From positions 60,512,001 through 60,576,000 of the forward strand of contig CM060733.1 in the NCBI GenBank assembly GCA_030704615.1: a stretch of DNA of 64,000 nt, given 5' to 3'. Within the stretch, counting starts at the first letter, position 1. The number at the start of each line of letters is the position of its first letter. The translations under genes were made by a program, and so were the position numbers. The notes beneath the pieces were generated by a model, which was not told the origin of the DNA, searched no databases, and saw only the letters and a list, made by a program, of their open reading frames with translations. Origin of the DNA: Takakia lepidozioides (lineage: Eukaryota; Plantae; Bryophyta). This document shows positions 1-11,227 of this stretch, one piece after another.

Positions 1-325
1 GCATCGATGGGCAGACTGAGCACTCCCGCCATAGCCAGCCGTTGAGCTTGCACACTCCCTCACCGCAGAACGCGGAGCTCTCGCAAGGCTCCATCTTTTC
101 TTTAAAAATTCAAATTGTTACATGTGATTCCTTGTCCTAAGAGTAATGAACATTTAAAAGAAGTGTTTCGGACGAGGGTTGTTCCATTAGCCCATGTACG
201 CTTATGGAGGGTCAATTGCCACAAGTTGTGTCAGTCTTATGTCACAAGCATAGGGTCAAATAGATGTCCAAGATGTATTCCTTTGGCCCGCACGGAAATG
301 AAAAACAAACCTATCGAGCTATCAG

Positions 326-2248
326 ATGATGGGGAAGAACCAAGAGAGAGATAAGGCAAAGAAGCAGGCAAGAAAATTGGGTGAATTGAGAGGTCAGGCT
401 GATAAGGTTGACCCCACCATGAGGAGAAGGGGTGGTCGACCCTCCAAGAACGTCGCTAATGAGGATGTTGGAGATAGTGCGGAGGTGGGAGGCCGGAACA
501 AGAGGAAGAGGAAAGCCACTAAAGCCATACCTGAGTCTTCCCACGAGGATTCAGTTGACATATCGTCTGAACGCAGGAAAGCCACAGAAAAGCGTAAAAG
601 AGCTTTATTTCACAAGACCCCTTGCTACGAGGCCAAACCCATTGAGGAGGTATTGCCAAAAAAGATTGAGGTTGCAAAGATGGATTACGTGGAGATGGTC
701 CGTCAGAGAGTGGAAGAGAAGACGGCAGACCCACATGCCCCTCCACCTCCAAACTTCCAGAAGTTGGAGGATTTTATGAAAAAGATTTGTGAGGGCAGGG
801 AGGTATTTCGCAAGGGGAAGGGTGTCGCGGGCGCTGTAGATCTTGTTTTGGTTGATATTGGTGACGGACGTCCAGTCCACCATTGTGGTCCGACTTGCCC
901 TGAAATAAGCGCCAACCAATCTTGACTGCAATGATGCTGGCCAAGCATGTACTTCAGGATGACGGGTGCCTTGTTGTTTTTACTCACGAGGGGGTTGATA
1001 TGGTGGGCGAGGTTCTCAAGTCCATAAAATCTACCTCGTCGAATGCTGGGGCCATGTTCTCTTAGGTTGTGCGTCATTGGAAGGTGATCAACACGCAACC
1101 TCTAACAATCCCCACGAGGAACAAAGTAGTTCCCGAGGCGATGGGTGGGATGGTAAGCACCTCTAAAACCATAAACTTTCCAGTTTTGTATTCATCTATA
1201 TCATCACTACACTGTGGGAGATAGTATGCATCTAATTGGGCTGTTCATGTCGTTTTGCCAGCGAATCCTCCCACAATTAGTCCAGAAATCGGCAAACCTT
1301 GAATGAATCGTTTCCTTGCCAATTTCTCCTCAAATGTTGCATGCCAGAATGACCTTGGGAGATTAGTGTGCATCTAAATGCGGATGTTCATGTAGTTCTG
1401 GTGGCGAGTCCTTCTTAACTGGACCCCAGAAACCTACTATGGATTTTGTTCTTCCAATTTTGTCCTCCAATTTGGTATTCCAGACGGAGCTTGGTTAGCT
1501 TCTGACCCTCCGTGTGGTACCGTTTACTCTGGCGAAACATTAGCTCGATAGCTTAATTAGTCGATATTTCAGTTTATTACATTGGTTTTCCCAGAAAATA
1601 TCGTTTTTCTCCCAGTTTTTTTTGGCGACCTGTATTGACCCTTCATATTTGGAATCGATTTTGGTTCACCTGTTACTGTTATTAGTTGTGGTTAAAAGTA
1701 GTTTGCTTTGGGGTTTGTCAATTCAACCTGTTTCCCATTTCCTGAGGGTGCTGCTATGTTTTATGCAAGGTCTTGTCTTCTCTGTATTTGTGTTTATAAA
1801 GTCTAAGTCACAATTTCGATTGTCGGAGAGAGGATCTTTGGTGGAGTCAGTGCACGACCCCGTGAAATTCAATGTTCTTTTCAATCATGTGCCCACTGAG
1901 CATCTGAAGCGTAAGGGAAGCTCTCTCAGTTACTGGCGTGGTTCCAAAGAGTACAGCCCCAATTTCATGCAAGCTATATTGGAGACGTGCTCTCCTTTGG
2001 GTGGATGTGTTATTGACCTGATGCCAGGGACAGGTCAGTTCTTGTGAGAGTTTCTAGTTCTACTGTCATTGGTTTACTTTCATTGAAATGGTGGGTTGTT
2101 TAATGTTTGGAGTTGATTTATCTGTTTTGTAGGTGCGTCGATGCAGGCGGCACGGATCTCAGGTCGGAGTTTGTTGGCTATGGAGTCCGAGATGGAGTTG
2201 ATCTCGGGAATATTAGAGGGTCTGCAGTATAACAGTTTGGCTTCATAG
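326..2248 (+). pseudogene. Spliced beta-class N4C/N6A DNA amino-methyltransferase-like gene (N6_N4_Mtase-like), disrupted
   Basis: Exon 1 has a basic N-terminus then VDLVLVDIGDG (motif IV position); after a frameshift near 910 it reads LAKHVLQDDGCLVVF, with an in-frame TAG near 1063 and a GTAAGC donor near 1153. Exon ~1771-2033 ends WRGSKEYSPNFMQAILETCSPLGGCVIDLMPGT; GT-AG intron 2034-2132; exon 2133-2248 reads GASMQAARISGRSLLAMESE, matching the SAM-binding DPFxGSGTTxxAAxxLGRxxIGxE pattern. Confidence 0.7.
1215..1432 (+). repeat. Two diverged direct repeats (~77 bp, ~140 bp period) in intron 1 of the methyltransferase-like gene
   Basis: tgggagatagtatgcatctaattgggctgttcatgtcgtt... (~1215) versus tgggagattagtgtgcatctaaatgcggatgttcatgtagtt... 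(~1356). Confidence 0.75.
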
Positions 2249-3418
2249 AGTCTTGAAAGTCAAGTTTCTGGATTGCAGTTTCTTGGTTACATCGACGAAA
2301 TGGTTGGCGGTGAAGATGAGAGAGTGCATGATGATGATTCTCCTTCTTCCAAAGCTGCCGTGTCTCTGTGAGTAAGTATGTTCTTGGTTTGCTTGAGCTT
2401 GTTTTTTCTCAAGCCTGGGCTTGTTGTTTTGTTGAGTTGATATCCTTCTCAGTTTGTTCGATCTGTTTCTTAGGTCAAAGTAGATATTAGGGATATCCTG
2501 AGTGACTTGAGCATTCCCGTCCACCAAATCATCATTCACTACAAACAAATTGGTTACAAAATTTGCTCGCATAGCATGAAGACGCCTAATGTGAGAAATG
2601 GTTTGAGAAACGTGCCTAAGCAGTCTGTTTGGTTTAAATAATTATTAGGCGCAAAAATGCCTAAATGGTTGTCCAGGGATGGTAGTTTCGTATTTCTTAC
2701 CAAGTGAGCGCATTTTGGTTTCGTAATGGAATATTCACAAGAATCTTTTGGAATATACGGAATATTTCTTTGTGCTCACACCCGCGCTCACATGCTACCC
2801 AACCTCTTTACAAACCCACCTCAGGTAACTGTACTGTGGATGAAATGTTCTCAAAGCAAGGGAATTGATTGAGCATGGAATTGGTCACTGTTGGGGCACA
2901 GGGAAGGACTGAAGCCACTCTGCTGTGCAGGTAATACCACCCTGTCTAAAGTACTGCATGGCAGGGATACCTACATGTGTGATGTGTACAACAGAATCCT
3001 TGTGGATACCTAGGCAGGCAGGTAGGTAGGTGCTTGGTGAGAAGCTGCCTCACAGCTAAGTAGGGAAGCACACGTTGAGGTTTTACTGTTTGTGCCTGCA
3101 GTGCTCGCAGTGTGCGTAGAGAGTAGAGACGGACGGGAGAATCAGGATTGTGGGTTCGAGCGCCGGGCCGATTCTGGAGTTGGGTTCGGTTTGTGGTTGC
3201 GATTGGCGGAGAGAATTTTGGTGAGTCAGGCGAAATGTGGAAAAACTTTTGAGTGTTGTGGAGCCCAAAAGTCTTCTCGGAACGCGGTGAGAGCTCTTGG
3301 TTTCTCTCTCCTCGTTCTTCGTTACTATCCATGCATCGTCCTGGGCTGTTCTCTGCGATTGTGCGTCGAATGGGTTACTCAAGGTGAATTACGCAAATCA
3401 AACATCATGTAAGGATCC

Positions 3419-3453
<35 letters not shown>

Positions 3454-4229
3454 GGCTGGTGATTTTGGTTCTCCGGACACTTTTTCATTGTTTGTACACA
3501 ATGGAGGTGGGTCTTCAATGCGCAATTTCTTGCTGGATCATCACTTGTTTGAGAGTTTTGGCTGTGTATCTCTTCTGTGTGCACAGTTCCTGGTTCCCCA
3601 TTACTGCGTAATTCTGTTTTTCTAGTCGGTTTTATGAGGTGAATTTGCATGCGCATGTCTTCCCCATCAACAATCGGTTTCTTCGTCCGGTCGAATTGCT
3701 TGACTATTCTCAATGGGACTCCTAAATTGGAGGGTGTTATCATGGTAAATTGTTGAATTTGTTTCATTGTTTAGTGCGGACGTTTGACGCCCTTGTTTCG
3801 CGACTTGGAGAATCGTGTTGAAAGTCTTCAGTGTAGAGACTCGCACAGGGTACCTAAGGCAAGTGTGTCTCTCACGATGTTGACAGTTTTGGACTTCTTT
3901 TGGGCAATTTTTCCTCCTGTGAGCTTCCGGGTAGCAGAAAATCGAAGAGTGAAACCCCTTGGCATTTGGTGTCCAAGTCTTCAATCCTCGCGGTTTCTGT
4001 TTCTTTTGGTTTGTGTCCCGATGTTGCACTTCTTGTCTGCGCTCTTTTCTCCAAATGGGCTTGCGGATGAATAGTTGGGGGTTCAGTGACAGTCTTTTGG
4101 TAATTTCAGAGAGGACATCTCGTTCAGGAGAGCACCCAGTTCATGAGAAAACGGTCTATAAGGTCACCATCATGGGATGGATGGGTTTCTTCTCTGGAGA
4201 GACGGATTGACATCAACAAGGGGAGAGAG

Positions 4230-5710
4230 AATGTACTCATAAGACGTTCTTCGCCGTAGCCTTGTGGCCATTGACCCCGTGCCCAGTTTGAGCGGAACAC
4301 AAAGGGACAGAACCTACCTTGTCAGGGGCTGATGCCGGTAGTAAGACTTACCTTAGAAGAAACAATTGATCCGGGTTTTCCAGATATCCTCTAGAAATCC
4401 CTTTACACAAGCATCAACCTTCTGTGTGTGGTTTGCCAATAACTAGGCCCCAAAAGGGCCTGGGCTTTTGGCTCAGCCTCAGAGACTTTCAAAGTTGGTA
4501 AACAGAGGTACAGGCACAATTCCCTTGATAGATTTGAAGAGTGCGTCTCTCTGGTGAGAGAACCCCGGACAATGAATCAGAAAATGAATATTGTCTTCAG
4601 GTTGCCCACACAATGGGCAATTGCACTCTCCCTTTCCTCTCTGCTTCTGTTTGCTGTTCAAAGGTAGGCCTCCCGCCCTGAGTTTAAATTTCAGTCTAGT
4701 GCCGAGAGTGGGTAGAGCCTTGAAGTCATCCATGATGTCCTCCCCCTTTTTCTGCCTGACTTCATTGTTGTCAGACAATTTCCTGGCAACAGACATGGAC
4801 ACTACAGCCTCTAAGACAGATTTATCCAGCAGGGTCAAGACTTGCTGGCTAAGATTCAGATCCTTGAGAATCTCTTCTACTCTCTTCCGCCAGGACTTAG
4901 CCTGTTTGACAGGGCGATCCTGCTTCCAAGATATAGAGTCGATTAACTTAGGGTATCTGATGTTGGACATATGTTGCAGCTGACCCTACCGTCTGACCTT
5001 GAATTCATTTTGTCGGGAGCTTAAGGAATGGATGACAAACTCACCCCGAACAGTCACATTGGCTGTTTTGGAACATGCTGACATGCACTCCTTAAGCACT
5101 CCCACTTGAATGGATTCTAGAGACTTAGCCTGGTTGGAGTTATCAACCCATATTGCAGATGCGTACGCCAAGGCAGGTCTAATAACGTGACAAAGCATGG
5201 TTTTTTTGACCTCAGAGTTGATCCCTCTGCAGTGGAAAATGTAGTGAGACCCAGCGCTTTGCCATTGCCAGTTTGAACAACTTTCTGAGCATGTGCATCC
5301 CAATTACAGTTGGAGGAAAACTCAATGCCGAGGTATGTGTAGGAAGGGAGGACCGGAATCTCTTGGCTTCCCCACTGCCACTTGAGATCACCTCCTCCCT
5401 CCCCTCGGTCGTTGAATGCCACCACTGCACATTTACTGACGGTAGCTTCTAACCACCAAAGGTCAAAGTATCTCTTCGCACAATCAATCAACTCCTGGAG
5501 ATTGGAAGGAGTCTCCCCTATGCCTCCAAAGTCATCTGCAAACATAAGGGCTGGTATGGTGGCATCACCCACCCTTAACTCCCTCACTTTCCACATCCTC
5601 GAGGAGTTGATTGATGAAAACATTGAAGAGATACATCCTTGAGCTACACCTTGGTCTATGTCAAAGAAGGTAGACTTCTGTCCGTTAACAGCGACACAAC
5701 TTTTGGTGTG
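4230..5710 (-). mobile_element. 5'-truncated non-LTR retrotransposon (LINE family A), RT C-terminal part plus Cys/His-rich tail, degenerate
   Basis: Minus ORFs with GVAQGC, LMFADDF, YTYLG (RT) and CPLCGQPEDNIHFLIHC; 3' end GVNGHKATAKNVL* followed by gtacattct; frameshifted; sits next to GA-rich tracts upstream of the RING-CH coding start. Confidence 0.9.
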
Positions 5711-5734
5711 AGAGATAGGGAGAGGAGAGAGAGA

Positions 5735-5822
5735 GAATGTACTCATAAGACGTTGTTGGCCATAGCCTTGTGGCCATTGACCCCGCGGCTATTGACCCGG
5801 CGCCAGTTTGAGCGGAACAGAG
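5735..5822 (-). mobile_element. Short 3'-terminal fragment of LINE family A
   Basis: Same terminus atgtactcataagacgttg...ccagtttgagcggaac with a small internal duplication, flanked by (GA)n. Confidence 0.85.
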
Positions 5823-6189
5823 CAGAGAGAGAGAGAGAGGGAGAGGGTGAGCAAACTTACATTCCCAGTGACCAGGCTATGAGCTATCCTTGGGGGTACA
5901 GTCTGAGGATTCCAACTTGCAGCATTCAGTGAGTGTCGTTTGAAGAGCTCCTTTCACATCCTACTGGACACCCTTGTGTTGATATAGGCATCGTTAACAC
6001 AGCCCTCTACATTACATGGGCACATCACATATCACGTGCTTACGCTGCCAAATACTCTTCAACGAGAAAGAGGAGAATGTCATAACATGGGAGGAACCAG
6101 AGAGAGAGACAGAGGGGTTGCCATGCGGATCCCAACGAATTGTACTTTGTATCAGTTTCCTATCTAAACTATGAGGGTATTGCAGTTCC

Positions 6190-9100
6190 ATGAAGGGTGA
6201 GGCATCAGACGTGGAAATGGAGTCCATGAAAAAGGCAAGTGGCAGCGAGCTGGACAGGGCGCCTCTATTGCATCCACCTGCAATGTTTCATGTCGATCAA
6301 ATTGCATGTGATAGTGATGGAAGTGAACCAGAGAAAGGATCTGGGGCTTCCTGTCGTATTTGCCTGGAGTCGGATATGGTTGCACCAGGTCTGCAGTTTA
6401 TCATGCCTTTTTCTCTCTTACCCTCCCAAGCTAGTGCGAGATCGGTCTTGGTGGTCAGGTGAGAGTCATACTGAATTTGAAATTGACTAGTTCTGCATAG
6501 GAGGTTAATTACCAAGTCAAAAAGACGTGTTTTTTAGGAAAACCTTCACTGCTGACTGCAATAAAATTTTCTTTTCTTGGTTGAATCTATCTAGACTGAT
6601 TGATCCAAAGGGTGTCAAGGACAATCATGGCATAATGGCCCAGAAACAGAATCTGGGAGGACCTACATATACAGGGTGAAGAACCAGTTCATATTGGGAA
6701 GGGGTTTAATGTGTCTTTTCGTACGGCATCTGAGGCGTTGCACAGAGGAAGAACGTGAGACTCAAAACAGTTAATGGTGACCAACTGTAGCCTTATACAG
6801 CTGACTTTCATGCATGCACACAGTTGCCGAACCAGTGCTTATCCTCTGACTACTACCTACTCATTGGAGGTTTCAAAATGAGTTGTCCACAGTACATCCT
6901 TGATTCAAAATGCTGCTCTGCTTGATTCTGTTGTCGAGGAAAGAGGGTGTTGGAGAGAGCTCTGATATAGGCACATGGAAAGTGGCAGGGGATGAGTTGA
7001 TAGCCCCATGCATGTGTAAGGGCACCCAGCAATTTGTGCACCGCTCCTGCCTTGACCAATGGCGCTCCGTCAAGGTAATTACTCATGTATTCAATTGTCT
7101 TCCTCCCTCTTGGATCCCCTCAGCTCTCAAGTACCTGACTCCCAACAGGTGGTTTTGGTACCTGCCATATGTCATACCTTGCAGGTTCATGCCCTCAAAT
7201 TTGTACGCGTACTAGTGCTTTTTTATATATGATCCCATGTGTACTGCAGGAGGGGTTTGCGTTTTCACACTGCACTACATGCAAAGCTCAGTTTCATTTG
7301 CGGCTAGAGCTACCTGAAGATTACTCTTGGCGCAAAATCAAGTTCAAACTGTTTGTGGCACGCGATGTTGTCCTTGTGTTTCTGGCAGTGCAAACCGTAT
7401 GTGCCTAACCATCTCCTGCTGTTCTCGTGTCCTTCCTCTTTCCTTGCCACAGCAAAATCGCAAAGATCAGCTCACAAAGGGAGCAAGGGGGTAGATGTGA
7501 AGGAAGGGAAATGAAATGAAATGGTACTTTATAACGAGAGGAGCACATGCCTCGTTACATATAATTGAGGAGGCAACTTATCATAGTGTGTTGGATCTGG
7601 CTGCAGATGATAACAGCGCTAGGGGGAATCACATACCTGCTGGACTACAATGGCCAGCTCAGAGAATCGTTCAATGGCAGCTGGGATCGTATTTTTTCAA
7701 AGCATCCTATCCCCTTCTACTATTGTATTGGTACTTACTCATGCTTCTGTACTCAGTCTCAATCACTTCTACATTGGTTAATGAATCTAAGAGGTGTGCA
7801 GTGGCAGTCATCTACTATCGTCAAACCTTAAAGTGGTTGTTATGCTAGTCCTGATCAACTTGGGAGACTGCTTATGTGACTGCTGATTTTGAAACATGTC
7901 ATCGTCTAAGCTCCCTATCCCGTTTCATTACTCTGTGTTGGTTAGAGAAACTTAGTAGCTCCACGGTATTTTAACAGAAGACCCCCGAATCCTATACTTC
8001 TTTGTGACCCAAGATGTACAGATAATGTAGTTCCTTAACGTCAGGGGAGTGAGCCCATTCAGAAAAACCTGAGAAATTGGATAAACAGCTCTGGATAAAA
8101 TTTGTCATGTCTACTGACACATTTTTTGGTGGAACTATCAGTTGCCACCCACTGGATGCTGCACTCTTGCCTCCCATAATGAGCAGGGTTTTAGCTGTTG
8201 GGCTCCTGTCTATCCTGAAGGTTTTGATATCATGTTCACACTGCAAAAACTAGATCACAAAACTTCCCGTGTCAACATGGCTGTCTGTATATATGCGGTA
8301 TAAGCATAACAGCAACAACCTTGTGAACACCTTGCAATCACCATATCTGTGACCAGAACCCAAAACTTCTGAAGCCAGTCAGTGGTAGCACTGAGGCTTT
8401 TTTGGCATGGTGAAGATCCCAAAAACTTTGGGGGTGGTTTTGGTTCAGATCTTGGAGGGGGCCAGGGATGGGGGAAGTGGATGCTTTATAATGTAGAACC
8501 CATGCCCATCCCCAGCAGCTCCATCAGAGAGGCCAGATTTGCAGTCTTTGGCAACTGGGACCACGTCTCAGTTTATGTTGCCTGGATAGCCTCAAACAGC
8601 TGTTTGGTGGGTTGGGGGTGGTGCAGGCCTACTGTCAAATGTGGGCTTTATCTCTGTCTGTCTTCTCCGGCATAGACTGGCACTTTCAAGAAGTAAACGT
8701 GCCAAAGTCCCCAGTGAACCTAATTGTAGTAGAGTTCTGGACATTCATAAGCAAAACGCACTACCTCAAATGGGAAACCCAGTTGAAAAGAAATCTGTAT
8801 GTAGGGTATCTATTGAGTATTGTTGCAAGGAGGTAAGTGCAAGTGAGCGCCATGGCAAAGTTTGACCCATAAGTTCCCAGCTTGCATTCTAAGCTGAGTG
8901 TACATAGAGTCCTCTAATATTCTCCATTTCTGCCATGTGTGATCAACTAATGAGTTTTGATAACTTTGTAAGAGGCAAGGTGACGGGGCAAAGCAAAGCT
9001 TGCAGCTGTTGGATGCTTGAGATACTCATGCGCACATGCAGGTTCCAAGAGATAGCCAGTGGTTAGGGCACTGCAGGGCTGTGGGTTAAAAATGCATAGT

Positions 9101-9932
9101 CGTTACCCAAAAAAAGTCCCTGGTAGCACTTAATTGAGATACTTCATGTGCACTCACCTTCGCCAAGTGTCTATCTTCTTCTTTTGGTCACTCCCCAGCA
9201 GAGTATACTGGGGTTGTCGATAACGACTGTATACCCCATATGGACACACTAGACAGGATAAGGGGCTGACACTATTTATGTCCATTGGCAGGTGTATTCC
9301 TCTTCTTTCTGATTATGGGAGTGGGAGGAATGGTCATTCACTGCTTATCAATGGGGAATGGTGGCGGTTGCCTGGATGGTTGCCGCGAACCATGCTATGC
9401 ATGGGGCTGCTTTCCTGCCTCGGTGGAGGCATGTGGGGTATTCCTTGTGATCTTTGTTATCCTCTTTGCCATTTTGGGGGTGGCCTATGGTCTTCTAGCA
9501 GCAACTATGGCTGTCCAGAGAATCTGGCAGCGTCACTACCACATCCTGACCAAGCATGTCCTCACTAAGGTTCAACATTTCTCCAAATATTCTGTATCTG
9601 TATTTTAAATAGATGACTCGCAGTCTGAAGTTGGGTCCATTTTCATTTTCTATCTATACGAAGTACTCTACCAATAGTGCGAAGTGTCTTCTGTATGATT
9701 GAGATAAAAGTTACATGGACATGCCCGTGGTCCAGTTTCATGTGTGTGAAGTGTGCATTAGAGAGATTTCTTGGTAGACTAGCCCTGTCTGTACGGATCT
9801 GATGATTACCTAATCTCCTCTTCTTGTGGAATGTTGCAGGAGTATATAGTGGAAGATATGCATGGCAACTACGAACCTCCCACTTTAGCAGGGGAGCATG
9901 CTGATCGACTGCGCTCCTTGAACCTTCTGTAA
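6190..9932 (+). CDS. RING-CH (RINGv/MARCH-type) membrane E3 ubiquitin ligase; exons ~6190-6388, 6989-7074, 7250-7396, 7607-7730, 9292-9569, 9840-9932
   Basis: CRICLE...GDELIAPCMCKGTQQFVHRSCLDQWRSVKEGFAFSHCTTCK (C4HC3), downstream hydrophobic helices, QRIWQRHYHILTK and EYIVED C-terminus; junctions are GT-AG and in phase. Confidence 0.92.
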
Positions 9933-11227
9933 CACATGATCGTGTTCCTCTCATACTTGGGGTGTGAGGAGGATGTGATAATAATGTGTTTGGATTGTCT
10001 TTGTAAGGAATTGACATCCTCAGAAAGTCAGGAGTATGGTTAAAACAGATGTGTTTGCTTCTGTTGCTATGGATAGTTGTCAGCTTAGAAGCAACTGTAC
10101 ATATGTGGGTGATATTGTTTTTCTGCCTAGCATGAACTAACGGCAGGGACAAACATCTCCCCAGGGTAAAGCTCTTCATTGAAATTTCCACTGAATGTCG
10201 CTCAGTCAAGAAGTTATGGACATGTCATTAAAACTTTCGGCACAACACCAATAGGCCCCGAATAGAGTCACTGTCGCGACCTCTCATCTCTATGAGTTTT
10301 CCATTATTCATTCGTTACCATCATCCGGTCCGGACAAATGACTTTCCCGGCGGCGCCGGTAATGCGGCAGTGTCGGTAAGCGTGTGGGACGTATGAAAGT
10401 GGTGGGAAACCTCATCCATAGTCTAGTAGACTGTCAGAAGGTAAACTTCCAGATACTACTCTTGTTGGAGTTATCCTGACTGTGATATTGTTCCATTGGC
10501 TTTAAGACAGACTGATTGCAACTTCACAATGTAGACTTTCTGGTACATATGAAAATTCTCTCAATCTCTGGACAATAATACAATCAGGATCCCCCTCCTT
10601 CCCGCAAACTTTGGATGTTCGCTACTGACGACTTTGGCACTCTCGGATCAGAAGCCACACCACTTAATGCACCTTACCATCCCAGGAACACTACCTTATC
10701 TCATGGCCTTTCTAAATTAGAAAGGTCATAGCATACAGAATATAAGCTAACAACCAACCTTACAACCAACAACAACATCACACTCCTCGTGCAACACACT
10801 ACTAGTCAGACATTCACAAGACCGACTGTCACAGGAGTGCAAATGGAAGGGATAATATCCTCACTCTATTTCTGACCAGTTCTAGTAACACCAGATCCAT
10901 TGGGTACTGTATCGCTTGGTCCTTAGAAAGACATTAGGGTACATGCAAGGGCGAAGAACTCGATTAGCGACGTCTCATAAAGAAGGTGCCAAAAGATCAA
11001 GGCAAACCAGCTGGAAGTAAAACGGATGTGAAAAGCTTTGTTTCCCACCAAATCCAAGTTCTCCTACCTGTTTTCTATGAATTGAGATAATACATGGGTG
11101 ACTATCACCAGGATACCCTCATCAACATTCCTGGCTACAAACTACAATCACAGTCTTCTGTAAGCCAATGATCAACAAGAGCTTCCCATGCCAAAACGTT
11201 TTGTCCTGACAACAGAGCTACATCAGA

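Noticed and set aside
2537-2546. CACTACAAAC as a left CACTA terminus
   Set aside because: No matching right terminus or internal CACTA sequence follows; host gene sequence starts soon after.
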